Positions 28,586 to 38,777 of a stretch of DNA of 64,000 nt are shown here, piece by piece. Position 1 is the first letter of the stretch, and each line of letters opens with the position of its first letter. The stretch covers positions 38,077 through 102,076 of the forward strand of contig JASGHA010000004.1 of NCBI GenBank assembly GCA_049841175.1, written 5' to 3'. The notes under the pieces are model-generated. The model saw only the letters and a list, made by a program, of their open reading frames with translations, searched no databases and was not told the origin of the DNA. Source of the DNA: Rubrivivax sp. (GTDB lineage: Bacteria > Pseudomonadota > Gammaproteobacteria > Burkholderiales > Burkholderiaceae_C). The translations under genes and the position numbers were made by a program.

Positions 28586-29152
28586 TCATGCGCCGATCGG
28601 CAAGACAGCCTTGCCATATTGCGCGTGCAGCACCTCGGCCATCGCCAGGTAGATCGCCGAAAGGCCGCAGACGATGCCCTCGAAGCCGGCGATCATGCCG
28701 ATCGTCGCCGAGCCGCTGAAGTCGCGTGCGGCGAGCAGCGCGAACAGCAGCGTCAGGCTGCCGAACACGAACTGGATCGCGCGGTTGCTGCGCCAGGTGC
28801 CGACCCACATCCAGGCGGTGAACACGCCCCACATCACGAGGTACCAGCCCATGAAACCCTCGGGCGTGGCGTCGGCCCAGCCGAGCTTGGGCAGCACGAT
28901 CAGCGCCACCAGCGACAGCCAGAAGAAGCCGTAGCTGACGAAGGCGGTAAGGCCGAAGGTGTTGCCCTTGCGGAACTCCAGGATGCCCGCGACGATCTGC
29001 GCGGCGCCGCCGTAGCAGAGGCCCATGGCGAGCACCATGGCGCTCATCGGGAAGAATCCTGCGTTGTGGATGTTCAGCAGGACGGTGGTCATGCCGAACC
29101 CCATCAGGCCGAGCGGCGCAGGGTTGGCGAAATGGTCGTTGGAAGCAGACAT
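28586..29152 (-). CDS. satP: Acetate/succinate uptake transporter (GPR1/FUN34/YaaH family)
   Basis: FANPAPLGLMGFGMTT, GNTFGLTAFVSYG; six TM helices. Confidence 0.92.
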   Translation of the reverse strand: MSASNDHFANPAPLGLMGFGMTTVLLNIHNAGFFPMSAMVLAMGLCYGGAAQIVAGILEFRKGNTFGLTAFVSYGFFWLSLVALIVLPKLGWADATPEGFMGWYLVMWGVFTAWMWVGTWRSNRAIQFVFGSLTLLFALLAARDFSGSATIGMIAGFEGIVCGLSAIYLAMAEVLHAQYGKAVLPIGA

Positions 29153-29473
29153 GCGAGCCCTCGCGGAGGCTGGATAAAAGGCTCGCGACTGTATCAGGGT
29201 ATACCCTAAATTCTGATATCCGATGGTCTCGCTGCGAGATTCCCCGGGGAATTATCGGGATATTCAATGAGCTGATCGCCGGTGTCACTGGAAGCCCGGG
29301 ATGCTCTGTTCGAATTTTTGCAACAGAGGCGTCGACGACGGCGAACGCAGAGCCCGAGCGGCCCGCTCAGAATTGCTTCCGTACCGAAAGCGCTCCTCGG
29401 TGATGCTGCCCCGGCGGGGTATGCAAAGCGATCGAACAGCGCCACCGGCCCGACTTCCCTACAGGACTGCACG

Positions 29474-30073
29474 ATGAAGATCCTCCAGATCAATGCCAGC
29501 GCCCGCCGCGAAGGTGCCAACTCGACCCGCGTCGCCAACGACGTCGTCGCCGGCCTGCGCGCCGCGAACCCGGATGCCGAACTGACCGTGCGCGACCTCG
29601 CCGTCGACCCGCTGCCGGTGCTCGACGAAGCCGCGCTGGGTGCGCTGTTCACGCCGGCCGAAGCCCGCACCCCGGAACAAGCCGCCCGCGTCGCCGTGGC
29701 CGACGCCGCCATCGCCCAACTGCAGGCGCACGACGTGCTGGTGCTCGGCATGCCGATGTACAACTTTGGCGTGCCGGTCCAGTTCAAGAACTGGATCGAC
29801 GCCGTGGCCCGTGCCGGCGTCACCTTCCGCTACACCGCCACCGGCCCCGAAGGCCTGGTCACCGGTAAGAAGGTCATCGTCGCGCTGGCGCGTGGCGGCA
29901 TCCACCGCGACACGCCGGCCGACTCGCAGGTGCCCTACCTGAAGTCGGTGCTGGGCTTCCTCGGCATGACCGACGTGCGTTTCGTCTACGCCGAAGGCCT
30001 GAACATGGGCCCGGAAGCCGCCGCACGCGGTTTCGCGCAGGCTCAAGCCGACATCGCCGCCGCGCTGGCATGA
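29474..30073 (+). CDS. azoR: FMN-dependent NADH-azoreductase
   Basis: [47 protein letters not shown]. Confidence 0.92.
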   Translation: MKILQINASARREGANSTRVANDVVAGLRAANPDAELTVRDLAVDPLPVLDEAALGALFTPAEARTPEQAARVAVADAAIAQLQAHDVLVLGMPMYNFGVPVQFKNWIDAVARAGVTFRYTATGPEGLVTGKKVIVALARGGIHRDTPADSQVPYLKSVLGFLGMTDVRFVYAEGLNMGPEAAARGFAQAQADIAAALA

Positions 30074-30119
30074 TCGTCCGCGGCGGCAGGTGCCGCCGCA
30101 GACATGCCAAGAGGAGCCC

Positions 30120-30620
30120 GTGACGATCGCCTTGCCCGCCCACGAACTGCAGATGACGGTGCTGATGACACCGGACACCGCCAACTTCTCGGGCAAGGTG
30201 CACGGCGGGGTGATCCTGCGCCACCTCGACCAGGTGGCCTACGCCTGCGCCGCGCGTTATGCGGGGCGCTACGTCGTCACGCTGAGCGTCGACCAGGTGA
30301 TGTTCCGCCAGCCGATCCAGGTCGGCGAGCTGGTCACCTTCCTCGCCTCGGTCAACCACACCGGCCGCTCCTCGATGGAGATCGGCATCAAGGTGCTGGC
30401 CGAGGACATCCGCGCCGGCGTCGTGCGCCACGTCAACAGCTGCTTCTTCACGATGGTCGCCGTCGACGACGGCGGTCAGCCGGTGGCCGTGCCGACACTC
30501 GAGGTGCGCACGCCCGACCAGAAGCGCCGCCATGCCGCGGCCGAGATGCGCCGCGCGATGCGGCGCGAGATGGAAGCCAAGGCCGCCGCGATCCACGAGG
30601 CGCACGCGCGCGGCGAATGA
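30120..30620 (+). CDS. Acyl-CoA thioesterase (YciA-like HotDog)
   Basis: PDTANFSGKVHGG, VVTLSVD, VNHTGRSSMEIGIKV, FTMVAVD; GTG start after GAGGAG. Confidence 0.88.
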   Translation: MTIALPAHELQMTVLMTPDTANFSGKVHGGVILRHLDQVAYACAARYAGRYVVTLSVDQVMFRQPIQVGELVTFLASVNHTGRSSMEIGIKVLAEDIRAGVVRHVNSCFFTMVAVDDGGQPVAVPTLEVRTPDQKRRHAAAEMRRAMRREMEAKAAAIHEAHARGE

Positions 30621-30641
30621 GGCCGCGCCGGCGGCGGCTCG

Positions 30642-31667
30642 TCAGTCGCTGCTGACGGCGTCGGCCGGCGTGCGCCAGTGGCTGGGCGGCGGCGGCTCGG
30701 GCGACAGCTCCAGCGGCTGGCCGTGCGGCGTCGCCAGCGCGCGGTCGACCAGCGCGCGCGACAGCGGCGACGCGAAGGTCTGGATGAAGTCGTAGGCGTA
30801 GTCGCGCAGGTAGCTGCCGCGGCGTACCGCCAGACGCGTCGTGTTCACCTCGAACAGATGGCGCACGTCGATCGCGTGCAGGCCGTGGTCGCGCGCCGGG
30901 TCGTAGGCAATCGAGGCGACGATGCCCACGCCCAGGCCGAGTTCGACGTAGGTCTTCACGACGTCGGCGTCCATCGCCGCGAGCACGATCTCGCGGCCCA
31001 GGTTCTCGCGTTCGAAGGCCTCGTCGATGTGGCGCCGGCCGGTGTAGCCGGGTTCGTAGGTCACCAGCGGGAACTGCGCCAGGCGTTCGAGCGTCAGGCG
31101 CTGGCCGCGGCGGTCCTCCTCGGCCAGCGCGTGGCCCTGCGGCACGACGACGGCGTGGCTCCAGCGGTAGCAGGGCAGGGCGACGAGTTCGTCGTAATCG
31201 GCCAGCGCCTCGGTGGCGACGCCGATGTCGGCCTCGCCGTCGATCAGCCAGCGTGCGATCTGGCGCGGCGAGCCCTGGTTGAGGTGCAGCGTGACCTGCG
31301 GGTTGGCGGCGAGGAAGTCGCGCACCACCGGCGGCAGCGCGTAGCGGGCCTGCGAGTGCGTCGCCGCCACCGTCAGCGTGCCGGTGCCGGCGCGCGCGAA
31401 GTCGGCGCCGGCGCGTCTCAGGTTGTCGGACTCTGCGAGCAGGCGTTCGATGATCGGCAGCGCCACCTTGCCCGGCTCGGTGAGCCCGGTCAGGCGTTTG
31501 CCGACACGCACGAAGAGGTCGACGCCGAGCTCGTCCTCGAGTTCGCGCACCTGGCGGCTGACGCCCGGCTGCGAGGTGTGCAGCACCTCGGCGACCGAGG
31601 TGAGGTTGAAGCGTTGCCGGACGGCTTCGCGGACGGCGCGGAGTTGCTGGAAGTTCACGCTGCGCAT
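30642..31667 (-). CDS. cysB: CysB/Cbl family LysR transcriptional regulator
   Basis: NFQQLR...TSQPGVSRQVRELEDELG, ATHSQARYALP, DADVVKTYVELGLGVGI. The start may be the GTG at 31658. Confidence 0.85.
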   Translation of the reverse strand: MRSVNFQQLRAVREAVRQRFNLTSVAEVLHTSQPGVSRQVRELEDELGVDLFVRVGKRLTGLTEPGKVALPIIERLLAESDNLRRAGADFARAGTGTLTVAATHSQARYALPPVVRDFLAANPQVTLHLNQGSPRQIARWLIDGEADIGVATEALADYDELVALPCYRWSHAVVVPQGHALAEEDRRGQRLTLERLAQFPLVTYEPGYTGRRHIDEAFERENLGREIVLAAMDADVVKTYVELGLGVGIVASIAYDPARDHGLHAIDVRHLFEVNTTRLAVRRGSYLRDYAYDFIQTFASPLSRALVDRALATPHGQPLELSPEPPPPSHWRTPADAVSSD

Positions 31668-31753
31668 GGTGCAGGCGTTGTTTGCATGAACGAACGAATC
31701 GATTCGCCGACCGTCATGCGCTCAGCGAATAAGCGATCGTGTGCCGGGCCGTT

Positions 31754-31779
31754 TAAGAAATTCCGCGTGCCGTCGCCCT
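31754..31779 (+). promoter_or_regulatory. Candidate variant sigma28-class promoter of the flagellin gene
   Basis: TAAG-N14-GTCGCCCT; the same motif occurs at 41596 and 55217. Confidence 0.35.
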
Positions 31780-31837
31780 GTGGTGACGAGACCGAGGCGC
31801 AACGCTCTCGGACCACCACCCCACCGGAGCACCCGTC

Positions 31838-32749
31838 ATGCTGAGCCTTCACACCAACGCCGCGTCTCTGTCCACGCAGAACTCCGTCGGCAACACGCAG
31901 CGTTCGCTGTCCTCGTCGATGTCCAAGCTGGGCACCGGCTATCGCATCAACTCGGCGATGGACGACGCCGCCGGCCTGCAGATCGCCACCCGCCTGGACG
32001 CCCAGACGCGCGGCATGGCCGTCGCCCAGAAGAACACCCAGAACGGCATCTCGATGATGCAGACCGCCGAAGGCGCGTTCGCCGAGACGACCAGCATCCT
32101 GCTGCGCATGAAGGACCTGGCGACCGAAGCCGCCAACGGCTCGTCGACCGCCGACGACAAGACCGCGATGCAGTCGGAATACGACGCGCTGGGCCGCGAA
32201 CTGACCAACATCGTCAAGAACACCTCGTTCGGCGGCCAGAAGCTGTTCGGCGTCGGCACCAACGCCGCGGCCGTCACCGGCGGCACGAGCACGCTGGGCA
32301 AGGGCACCGGCGTCACGTTCCAGATCGGCGCCAGCGCCGCTGAAACGATGACCGTCAACGTCTCCGACGCCCTCAGCAAGCTGACCGCCGACGACGGCAG
32401 CCTGGGTCTGGCCAGCGCCTCCTTCGTCACGACCGCCGACGCGACGACGGTCGGCACCGAGCTGACGGCCTCCGCCAACGCGACCATCACGAAGCTGGAC
32501 ACGGCGCTGGCCGACGTCGGCACGGTGCGCTCGGCGCTGGGCGCGGCGTCCAACCGCCTCGACCACGTCTACGACAACCTGTCGAACATGAGCACCAACA
32601 CGCAGGCCGCCAAGAGCCGCATCATGGACGTCGACTACGCCAGCGAGACCGCCAACATGACCTCGCATCAGCTGCTGCTGCAGGCCGGCACCTCGATGCT
32701 CAAGCAGAGCAGCAGCATGTCGCAGCTCGCCCTGTCGCTGCTGAACTGA
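31838..32749 (+). CDS. lafA: Flagellin, lateral (LafA-like)
   Basis: MLSLHTN, GYRINSAMDDAAGLQIA, SALGAASNRL, SRIMDVDYASETA; short variable region. Confidence 0.92.
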   Translation: MLSLHTNAASLSTQNSVGNTQRSLSSSMSKLGTGYRINSAMDDAAGLQIATRLDAQTRGMAVAQKNTQNGISMMQTAEGAFAETTSILLRMKDLATEAANGSSTADDKTAMQSEYDALGRELTNIVKNTSFGGQKLFGVGTNAAAVTGGTSTLGKGTGVTFQIGASAAETMTVNVSDALSKLTADDGSLGLASASFVTTADATTVGTELTASANATITKLDTALADVGTVRSALGAASNRLDHVYDNLSNMSTNTQAAKSRIMDVDYASETANMTSHQLLLQAGTSMLKQSSSMSQLALSLLN

Positions 32750-32866
32750 GTCCGACGCGCGGCGCGCCCGCGCCGCCCGCGTCGCAGGGCCGACCGGCAT
32801 CGCCGGCCGGCCTTCTTGCCGTCCACCGGCCGCTGCCGGCACGGCTCATCGTCGAGGAGCAGGCGC

Positions 32867-34786
32867 ATGGCGCTGCAGGACGTCCGTCGCAACGACCGCT
32901 ACGACACGAACTGGCGCGCCGGCGTCGCCGCCGTCGGCGCCGGCCGCTGGGGTGAAGCCGAGCGGGGCTTCCAGCGTGCGGTGCAGGCTTCGCCCGGCGC
33001 TCACGCCGCCTGGCTTTACCTGGCGCGCGCGCAGCTGCAGCTGGGCAAGCTCGACAGCGCGGTCGCCGCGGCGCGCCGCGCGCTGGCGCTGAAGGCCGGT
33101 GACACGGTGACCGCGATGCTGCTCGGCGAGTGCCTGACGCGCCGCCACCGCCATGCCGAGGCCGCCGAGGTGCTCGAAGCCGCGCTGGCGGCGAACGCGC
33201 CCACGCCCGACCTGCTGTCGGCGGCCGGCAGCGCGCTGCTGCTCGCGCAACGCCCGCAGGAAGCCATCGCGCGGCTGATCCAGGCCAGCATGCTGAGCCC
33301 GGCCGACGCGCTGCTGCACTACCGCCTGGGCCTGGCCTTCAAGCGCCTGGGCGCCGAGAGCCAGGCCTCGATCTGTTTTCGCACCGCGCTGTCGGTCGAC
33401 CACGACGGCGCCATCGCGCCGCTGGCGCTGCCGCTGCTCGTCAGCTCCAGCCAGCAGAGCTGCGACTGGAGCGAGCTCGAACACGACGGCGCGGCGCTGC
33501 TCGCGCTGCTCGACGGCGCCAGCGTCGAACGCGGCGGCGAGATCTCGCCGTTCTCGCTGCTGGCGCTGCCCAGCACGCGTGCCCAGCAGCGCCGCGCCGG
33601 CGCGCTGCACACCCGCCACCTGCTGCAGGGCGTGGCCCCGTCGTTGCCACCGCCCGGCCCACGCCGCCCGGGGCGTGTGCGCGTCGGCTACCTGTCGTCG
33701 GACTTCCACAACCACGCCACCGCGCTGCTGATGGTCGGCCTGCTCGAATGCCGCGACCGCGAGCGGTTCGAGGTCTACGCCTACACCCACAGCGCCGCCG
33801 ACGGCAGCGCGCTGCAGCAGCGCCTGCTGGCCGCCTGCGACCACGTCGTCGACGTCGCGCGCCTGAGCGACGCCGAGGTCGCCGAGCGCATGCGCCGCGA
33901 CGGCGTGGACATCGGCGTCGACCTCAAGGGCCACACGCGCGGCACGCGCATGACGGTGTTCGCGCAGCGCCCGGCGCCGGTGCAGGTGTCCTTTCTCGGC
34001 TACCCGGGCAGCACCGGCGCCGACTTCCTGGACTACGTCATCGGCGACCCGGTCGTCACGCCGTTGGAGCATGCCGCCGACTACAGCGAGTGCATCGCCC
34101 AGATGCCGCACTGCTACCAGCCCAACGACGACCGGCGCGCGCTGCCGCCGGCGCCGCCGCGCGCCGCGCTCGGCCTGCCAGAAGACGCGCTGGTGCTGTG
34201 CTGCTTCAACCAGAGCTACAAGATCACGCCCGAGCTGCTGGCGCTGTGGGCGCGCATGCTGCACGAGCTGCCGCGGGCGGTGCTGTGGCTGCTGGCCTGG
34301 AACGCCGACGGCCAGCGCCGGCTGCTGGCCGCGCTCCAGGCGCTGGGCATCAGTGCCGAACGTGTGGTCTTCGCCGAGCGCCTGCCGGTCGACCAGCACA
34401 TCGCGCGGCTGCGCGCGGCCGACCTGTTCCTCGACACCTGGCCGTACAACGCGCACACGACGGCCAGCGAGGCCTTGTGGGCCGCGGTGCCGGTGCTGAC
34501 GGTGCCGGGCGAGACCTTTGCCTCGCGCGTGGCTGCCAGCCTCGTCGCCGCCTGCGGCCTGCCGGAGCTGGCCTGCGCCGACGCCGAGGCCTATGTGCGC
34601 GCCGCCGTCGAACTCGGCCGTTCGCCCGATCGCCTGCAGGCGCTGCGCTGCCATCTGGACGCGCGGCGTGCCGGTCTGCCGCTGTTCGACACCGAGCGCT
34701 ACACGCGCGACTACGAGGCGCTGCTGCTGCGCATGCACGAGCGCCGGCTGCAGGGCCTGGCGCCGGCGGCGCTGCCCGCCGCCTGA
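32867..34786 (+). CDS. TPR-containing O-GlcNAc transferase-like protein (GT41/SPINDLY-like)
   Basis: N-terminal TPRs; RVGYLSSDFHNHAT, DLKGHT, APVQVSFLGYPG, FNQSYKI, DTWPYNAHTTASEALW. Confidence 0.9.
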   Translation: MALQDVRRNDRYDTNWRAGVAAVGAGRWGEAERGFQRAVQASPGAHAAWLYLARAQLQLGKLDSAVAAARRALALKAGDTVTAMLLGECLTRRHRHAEAAEVLEAALAANAPTPDLLSAAGSALLLAQRPQEAIARLIQASMLSPADALLHYRLGLAFKRLGAESQASICFRTALSVDHDGAIAPLALPLLVSSSQQSCDWSELEHDGAALLALLDGASVERGGEISPFSLLALPSTRAQQRRAGALHTRHLLQGVAPSLPPPGPRRPGRVRVGYLSSDFHNHATALLMVGLLECRDRERFEVYAYTHSAADGSALQQRLLAACDHVVDVARLSDAEVAERMRRDGVDIGVDLKGHTRGTRMTVFAQRPAPVQVSFLGYPGSTGADFLDYVIGDPVVTPLEHAADYSECIAQMPHCYQPNDDRRALPPAPPRAALGLPEDALVLCCFNQSYKITPELLALWARMLHELPRAVLWLLAWNADGQRRLLAALQALGISAERVVFAERLPVDQHIARLRAADLFLDTWPYNAHTTASEALWAAVPVLTVPGETFASRVAASLVAACGLPELACADAEAYVRAAVELGRSPDRLQALRCHLDARRAGLPLFDTERYTRDYEALLLRMHERRLQGLAPAALPAA

Positions 34787-34800
34787 AAGGCACGCCGACG

Positions 34801-35995
34801 GTGCTCAAGGAGATCGCGGTCGCCGACCTGCGGGTCGGCATGTTCGTGCACAAGATCTGCGGCTCGTGGATCGACCACCCGTTCTGGCGCACGCGCTTCG
34901 CGCTGCGCGAGGCGCAGGACGTGGACAAGCTGCGCGCCAGCGGCGTCGAGCGCCTGATCATCGACCTGGAACGCGGTGTCGACGTGCTGCCGGCGCTGGT
35001 GCCGGTCGACGAGCCGCTGCCCGACGCGACCCCCGAGCCGGCGCCGCCGCCGGAGCCGCCGCGTGTCGGCCGCGACTACGTGCAGGCCGCGGCGCTGTGC
35101 CGGCGCAGCCTGGCGCCGCTGCGTTCGCTGCACGACAGCGTGCGCCTGGGCCGCGCCGTCGCCACCGAGGCCTGCCGAGCACCTGGTCGACGAGATCGTC
35201 GACTCGGTCGAGTACGAGCCGACGCTGCTCGTCGCCGTCGCCCGGCTGAAGGCCGCCGACGAGTACCTGTACCTGCACGCGCTGGCGGTGTCGGCGCTGA
35301 TGGTCGCGCTGGGCCGCCAGATGGGGCTGCAGACACCTCAGCTGCGCGAAGCCGCGCTCGCCGGGCTGCTGCTGGACATCGGCAAGGCGCGGCTGCCGTC
35401 GGAGCTGCTGACGCGCCCGGCGCGGCTGCAAGGCGACGAACTGGCGCTGATGCGCCGCCACGCCGAGATCGGCCACGCGCTGCTGTCGCGCCTGGACGGC
35501 GTGCCGCGCAGCGTGCTGGACGCCGTGCGCCACCACCACGAGCGCCTGGACGGCAGCGGCTACCCCGACAAGTTGCGCGCCGAGGCCATTCCCGCTTTCG
35601 CGCGCATGGCCGCGGTCTGCGACGCCTACGACGCCGTGACCTCGCGCCGGCCCTATCGCGCGCCCTGGGACCCGGGGCTGGCGATGCGCCACCTGGCGCA
35701 GTCGCCGCGCGAGTTCGACGCCGTCATCGTGCAGCACTTCGTCAAGGCGGTCGGCATCTATCCGACCGGCACGCTGCTGCGGCTGAAGTCCGAGCGCCTG
35801 GCGGTCGTCGTCGGCCGCGGGGCGTCGCTGCTGACGCCGCGTGTGCGGGTCTTCTATTCGATCGACGAACGCCATGCGATCGAGCCCTTCGATCTCGACC
35901 TGTCCGACCCGCGCTGCGAGGACGCCGTCGCCGGCATCGAGCCGCCGGAGGCCTGGCGCTTCCCGGGGCTGGAGCAGCTCTGGCTGCGTGGGTGA
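34801..35995 (+). pseudogene. DUF3391/HD-GYP c-di-GMP phosphodiesterase with one apparent +1 frameshift near 35175
   Basis: VLKEIAVADLRVGMFV...WIDHPFW, then a shifted frame with HHERLDGSGYP and VCDAYDAVTSRRPY. The first HD dyad reads LLDIGK rather than LHDIGK. Confidence 0.75.
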
Positions 35996-36101
35996 TCGGC
36001 GTTTGGCGGGCAGGCCGCTCTAGCGCTGCTGCTCGCGGACGGGCTCTGACTTGCTTCGTTCGTGAACTTTGGCTGTGAGGGAAGGCCGGCGTGCGGGGGC
36101 C

Positions 36102-36210
36102 GCAGCGAGCCACGGTCGCCGGGTGGCCGGTTCCGTTCATGTCCCCCGGCCCGGCAAGCCGGGCCTCCTCCTAATACTTCACTCCACCGGCCACCCGGCG
36201 CCCGCGGCAG
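36102..36210 (-). ncRNA. Stem-loop-hairpin-loop-stem RNA element, IS110 bridge/seek-RNA-like, copy L
   Basis: Outer stem 36109-36131/36186-36208 encloses GGAGTGAAGTATTAGGAGGA-[hairpin]-GGGGGACATGAACG; the loops are identical to the copy at 40181-40279. Confidence 0.5.
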
Positions 36211-36440
36211 GGCGGTGCTGGGGCTGTTCGCTCGGGGGTGGTGGGCCTCCCCCCGAGGACGGGCGGTGGGCTTGGCGGCCATGATCGGGCGGCTCAGAAT
36301 CGTGCGCGACCGACGCCGTTTTCGGCGTCTTTTTTACGCCTGGGGAGGATCCTCGCGACGGAAATCTCAAGCGCGACAAAGGCTTGAGTTGTCGTCCAGG
36401 GTGTCTGTTACGCGAGCGTTGGATTTTTATGCGGCGTCTG

Positions 36441-36466
36441 GTTGTTGCATATAACAATAGTTAGTC
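36441..36466 (+). other. attI-like recombination site
   Basis: gttgttgcatATAACaataGTTAGTC: inverted AAC/GTT simple site directly before the first cassette. Confidence 0.65.
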
Positions 36467-36482
36467 ACCTTTTGGAGACTCT

Positions 36483-37973
36483 GTGGACTTTCTGCAGCTA
36501 GAAGAGAAACTAGCCAGCTATGGGTCTGGCGGATACTACTTAATCGAGTCCTTCCTGATAAAGCTTTTACAAGCGGAGGCAAAGTTCAGGAAGCAGGACT
36601 TCGTACACAGTTCAGGCAGCAACATCGCCACCTTCGATGCATTTGCGCCCATCGGCTTCGGCGACATCCCTGGTTCAGTATCAATTGAAATTGTTAGAAC
36701 TTTAAGTCCAAACAGGGTTATTAAAGAAGCGAGTCGCTACGCAAGTGTGGCGAAGGAGGCTAATGCAACGCTTCTAATAATATCCCTCACGAAGTTCAGC
36801 GAAGGCATACTTCCATTCATTGCGAAACATTTTCCAGTGGCCGCGAAGGTTCATCTTTGGGGCCCAAGTGAGATCCAACTCCTAATTGATCGCCATACAG
36901 AAACGGCAGAAAAGCTGGCGGAAAACCTATTTTCCAATCGCTTTAAAGTTGCACTGGAAAGCAATGCTGATGACTGGCAAAAGCAACGAGAAGGCGTTGT
37001 AAACGCCGTTCGAGATCAATACAGATCTGGTCGTTTTTCAATGTTTCTTGGCGCTGGCGTATCGAGTAGCGCTGGATTGCCAGATTGGGACACGCTCCTA
37101 AATTCCTTATTTGTGTCAATGCTCACTGATGGAGCGCCAAATGCGAAGCTTGCCGACGCCGAGCAAATCTCCAGCATTGTCAAACGGCTTAGGCAGATTG
37201 ATGGGCCGTCGGCTTTAATGTTGGCAAGATACATTCGCAAAGGAATTACAACCGACTCCCCCGCCGAGCAGGGAAAATTCATTGGTGCAGTGACAACCCA
37301 GCTTTATGGGCTCCGCAATAAAAAGCACTCAATAAGCTCAAGTCTAATCAAATCAATTGCAAGCCTTTGCGCTCCAAGCCGCACAGGTGCCAAAGTTCGT
37401 TCGGTGCTGACCTACAACTTTGATGATTTGCTTGAGCGAGAGATAAAAGCGCGAGGGCTATCTTATCGAAGCATATTTGAAGAGCTCGACCTGCCTTCGC
37501 CGGAAGAGTTGCCAATATATCATGTTCACGGCTTCCTACCAGAAGATCGATCAGCGTATGAGAACATAAACAAGGCAACACTGGTCTTCTCTGAAGAGGG
37601 GTATCACCATATTTACCGTGAAGCCTACCACTGGTCGAATTTGATTCAACTTAATAGCCTCAAAGAAACGTCATGCCTAATGGTCGGATTGTCTTTAACC
37701 GACCCAAACTTGCGCAGACTTCTAGAAATATCTGCAAAATCAATTGACAAGCCTAAGCACTTCGCTTTCATGAAGCGAATTACATATGATAGCTTTTCCA
37801 CTGAGGGGGAAAAATCCGTCGTGCGCGCCCCAGTTGGAATAGTAAGACGCTTCCTAGATAGGCACCATAAGCTTAATGAGGAGGTTCTTAGAGAGTTGGG
37901 TGTCAACATAATTTGGTACGAAAATTATGATGAAATTCCATCCATTCTCCATCAAATTGGGAAAGGTGTCTAA
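36483..37973 (+). CDS. SIR2-family protein with an N-terminal restriction-endonuclease-like domain (cassette 1)
   Basis: FLGAGVSSSAGLPDW, LTYNFDDLLE, IYHVHG, LVFSEEGY, LMVGLSLTDPNLRRLL; the stop codon overlaps the attC R'' box. Confidence 0.85.
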   Translation: MDFLQLEEKLASYGSGGYYLIESFLIKLLQAEAKFRKQDFVHSSGSNIATFDAFAPIGFGDIPGSVSIEIVRTLSPNRVIKEASRYASVAKEANATLLIISLTKFSEGILPFIAKHFPVAAKVHLWGPSEIQLLIDRHTETAEKLAENLFSNRFKVALESNADDWQKQREGVVNAVRDQYRSGRFSMFLGAGVSSSAGLPDWDTLLNSLFVSMLTDGAPNAKLADAEQISSIVKRLRQIDGPSALMLARYIRKGITTDSPAEQGKFIGAVTTQLYGLRNKKHSISSSLIKSIASLCAPSRTGAKVRSVLTYNFDDLLEREIKARGLSYRSIFEELDLPSPEELPIYHVHGFLPEDRSAYENINKATLVFSEEGYHHIYREAYHWSNLIQLNSLKETSCLMVGLSLTDPNLRRLLEISAKSIDKPKHFAFMKRITYDSFSTEGEKSVVRAPVGIVRRFLDRHHKLNEEVLRELGVNIIWYENYDEIPSILHQIGKGV

Positions 37974-38084
37974 CTGACGGTTCAACGCGGACGCCAAAAC
38001 GGGCCATCGCTTCGCGATTTTGCTGGCCCGTTTTGGTGCTCTACGCGCCTCGCGCTCCGGCGTCGGTTAACCTGGGCGTTATGC
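37968..38084 (+). other. attC site 1
   Basis: R'' GTCTAAC (37968), L'' GGTTCAAC, central inverted repeat CCAAAACGGGCCA/TGGCCCGTTTTGG, L' GGTTAACC, R' GTTATGC (38078). Confidence 0.9.
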
Positions 38085-38103
38085 GCATCGCATAAGGAAG
38101 AAC

Positions 38104-38772
38104 ATGATCGAAGATGATGATTTCGAACTGAATCGGATCATGGATGAGCTTGAGGAAGGCTCCAAGGAAATTAATGAGATTAATTCGGAATTGGAGAATT
38201 ATTTCGAATGGCTTGAGGTGCTCACTGGCCTGAATAAAATTTCAAAAAAATTTGTATCGAACATGGATTCGCTATCATCCATCCATGGATCAATTTCAGA
38301 TACCATTGACAATAGCTTTCTAATAGGAACGCTATGGTCGGGAGTTATATCTTCTTACGAAGGATTTGTGCATGACCTTTTTGATTTATTGCTTTCAAAT
38401 AGAATTCATGCGCAAGCGGCCGTAGAAGGAGCCCCAAGCCTAGATAAGGGGCTTTTGGATCAAATAAAGCTAAATAAAAACAAATATATATCCGCTGAAG
38501 ACCTCCGGTTCTTGTTCAGGAAAGCTACGCTGAGCAACCCTAACAAAGGTGCTGCACTGGCAAACCATCTATTCAAAACAAATATTCCAGAGATCGAAGA
38601 CAAAGAAATGCTAAGTGCTTTGAAAATAAGGAATGCCTACACGCACAATAATGGTGGAGTCGAAGTTTCCCTGTCATCTTTAGAGCTATTTCACGACAAA
38701 ATCGACACCGCGGTTGGTGGTTATATTAAAGAAATCTTAAATCAGGCAAATAGCCGCATATCCAAAGATTGA
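38104..38772 (+). CDS. HEPN-domain putative RNase (cassette 2)
   Basis: VISSYEGFVHDL plus an Rx4H motif RNAYTH(NNG); acidic N-terminus. Confidence 0.7.
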   Translation: MIEDDDFELNRIMDELEEGSKEINEINSELENYFEWLEVLTGLNKISKKFVSNMDSLSSIHGSISDTIDNSFLIGTLWSGVISSYEGFVHDLFDLLLSNRIHAQAAVEGAPSLDKGLLDQIKLNKNKYISAEDLRFLFRKATLSNPNKGAALANHLFKTNIPEIEDKEMLSALKIRNAYTHNNGGVEVSLSSLELFHDKIDTAVGGYIKEILNQANSRISKD

Positions 38773-38777
38773 GAGGG

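Noticed and set aside
35854-36282. ORF divergent from attI (MAAKPTARPRGEAHH...) as the integron integrase
   Set aside because: The position fits intI, but there are no tyrosine-recombinase motifs, and it runs into the bridge-like element after about 30 codons. At best an unprovable N-terminal stub.
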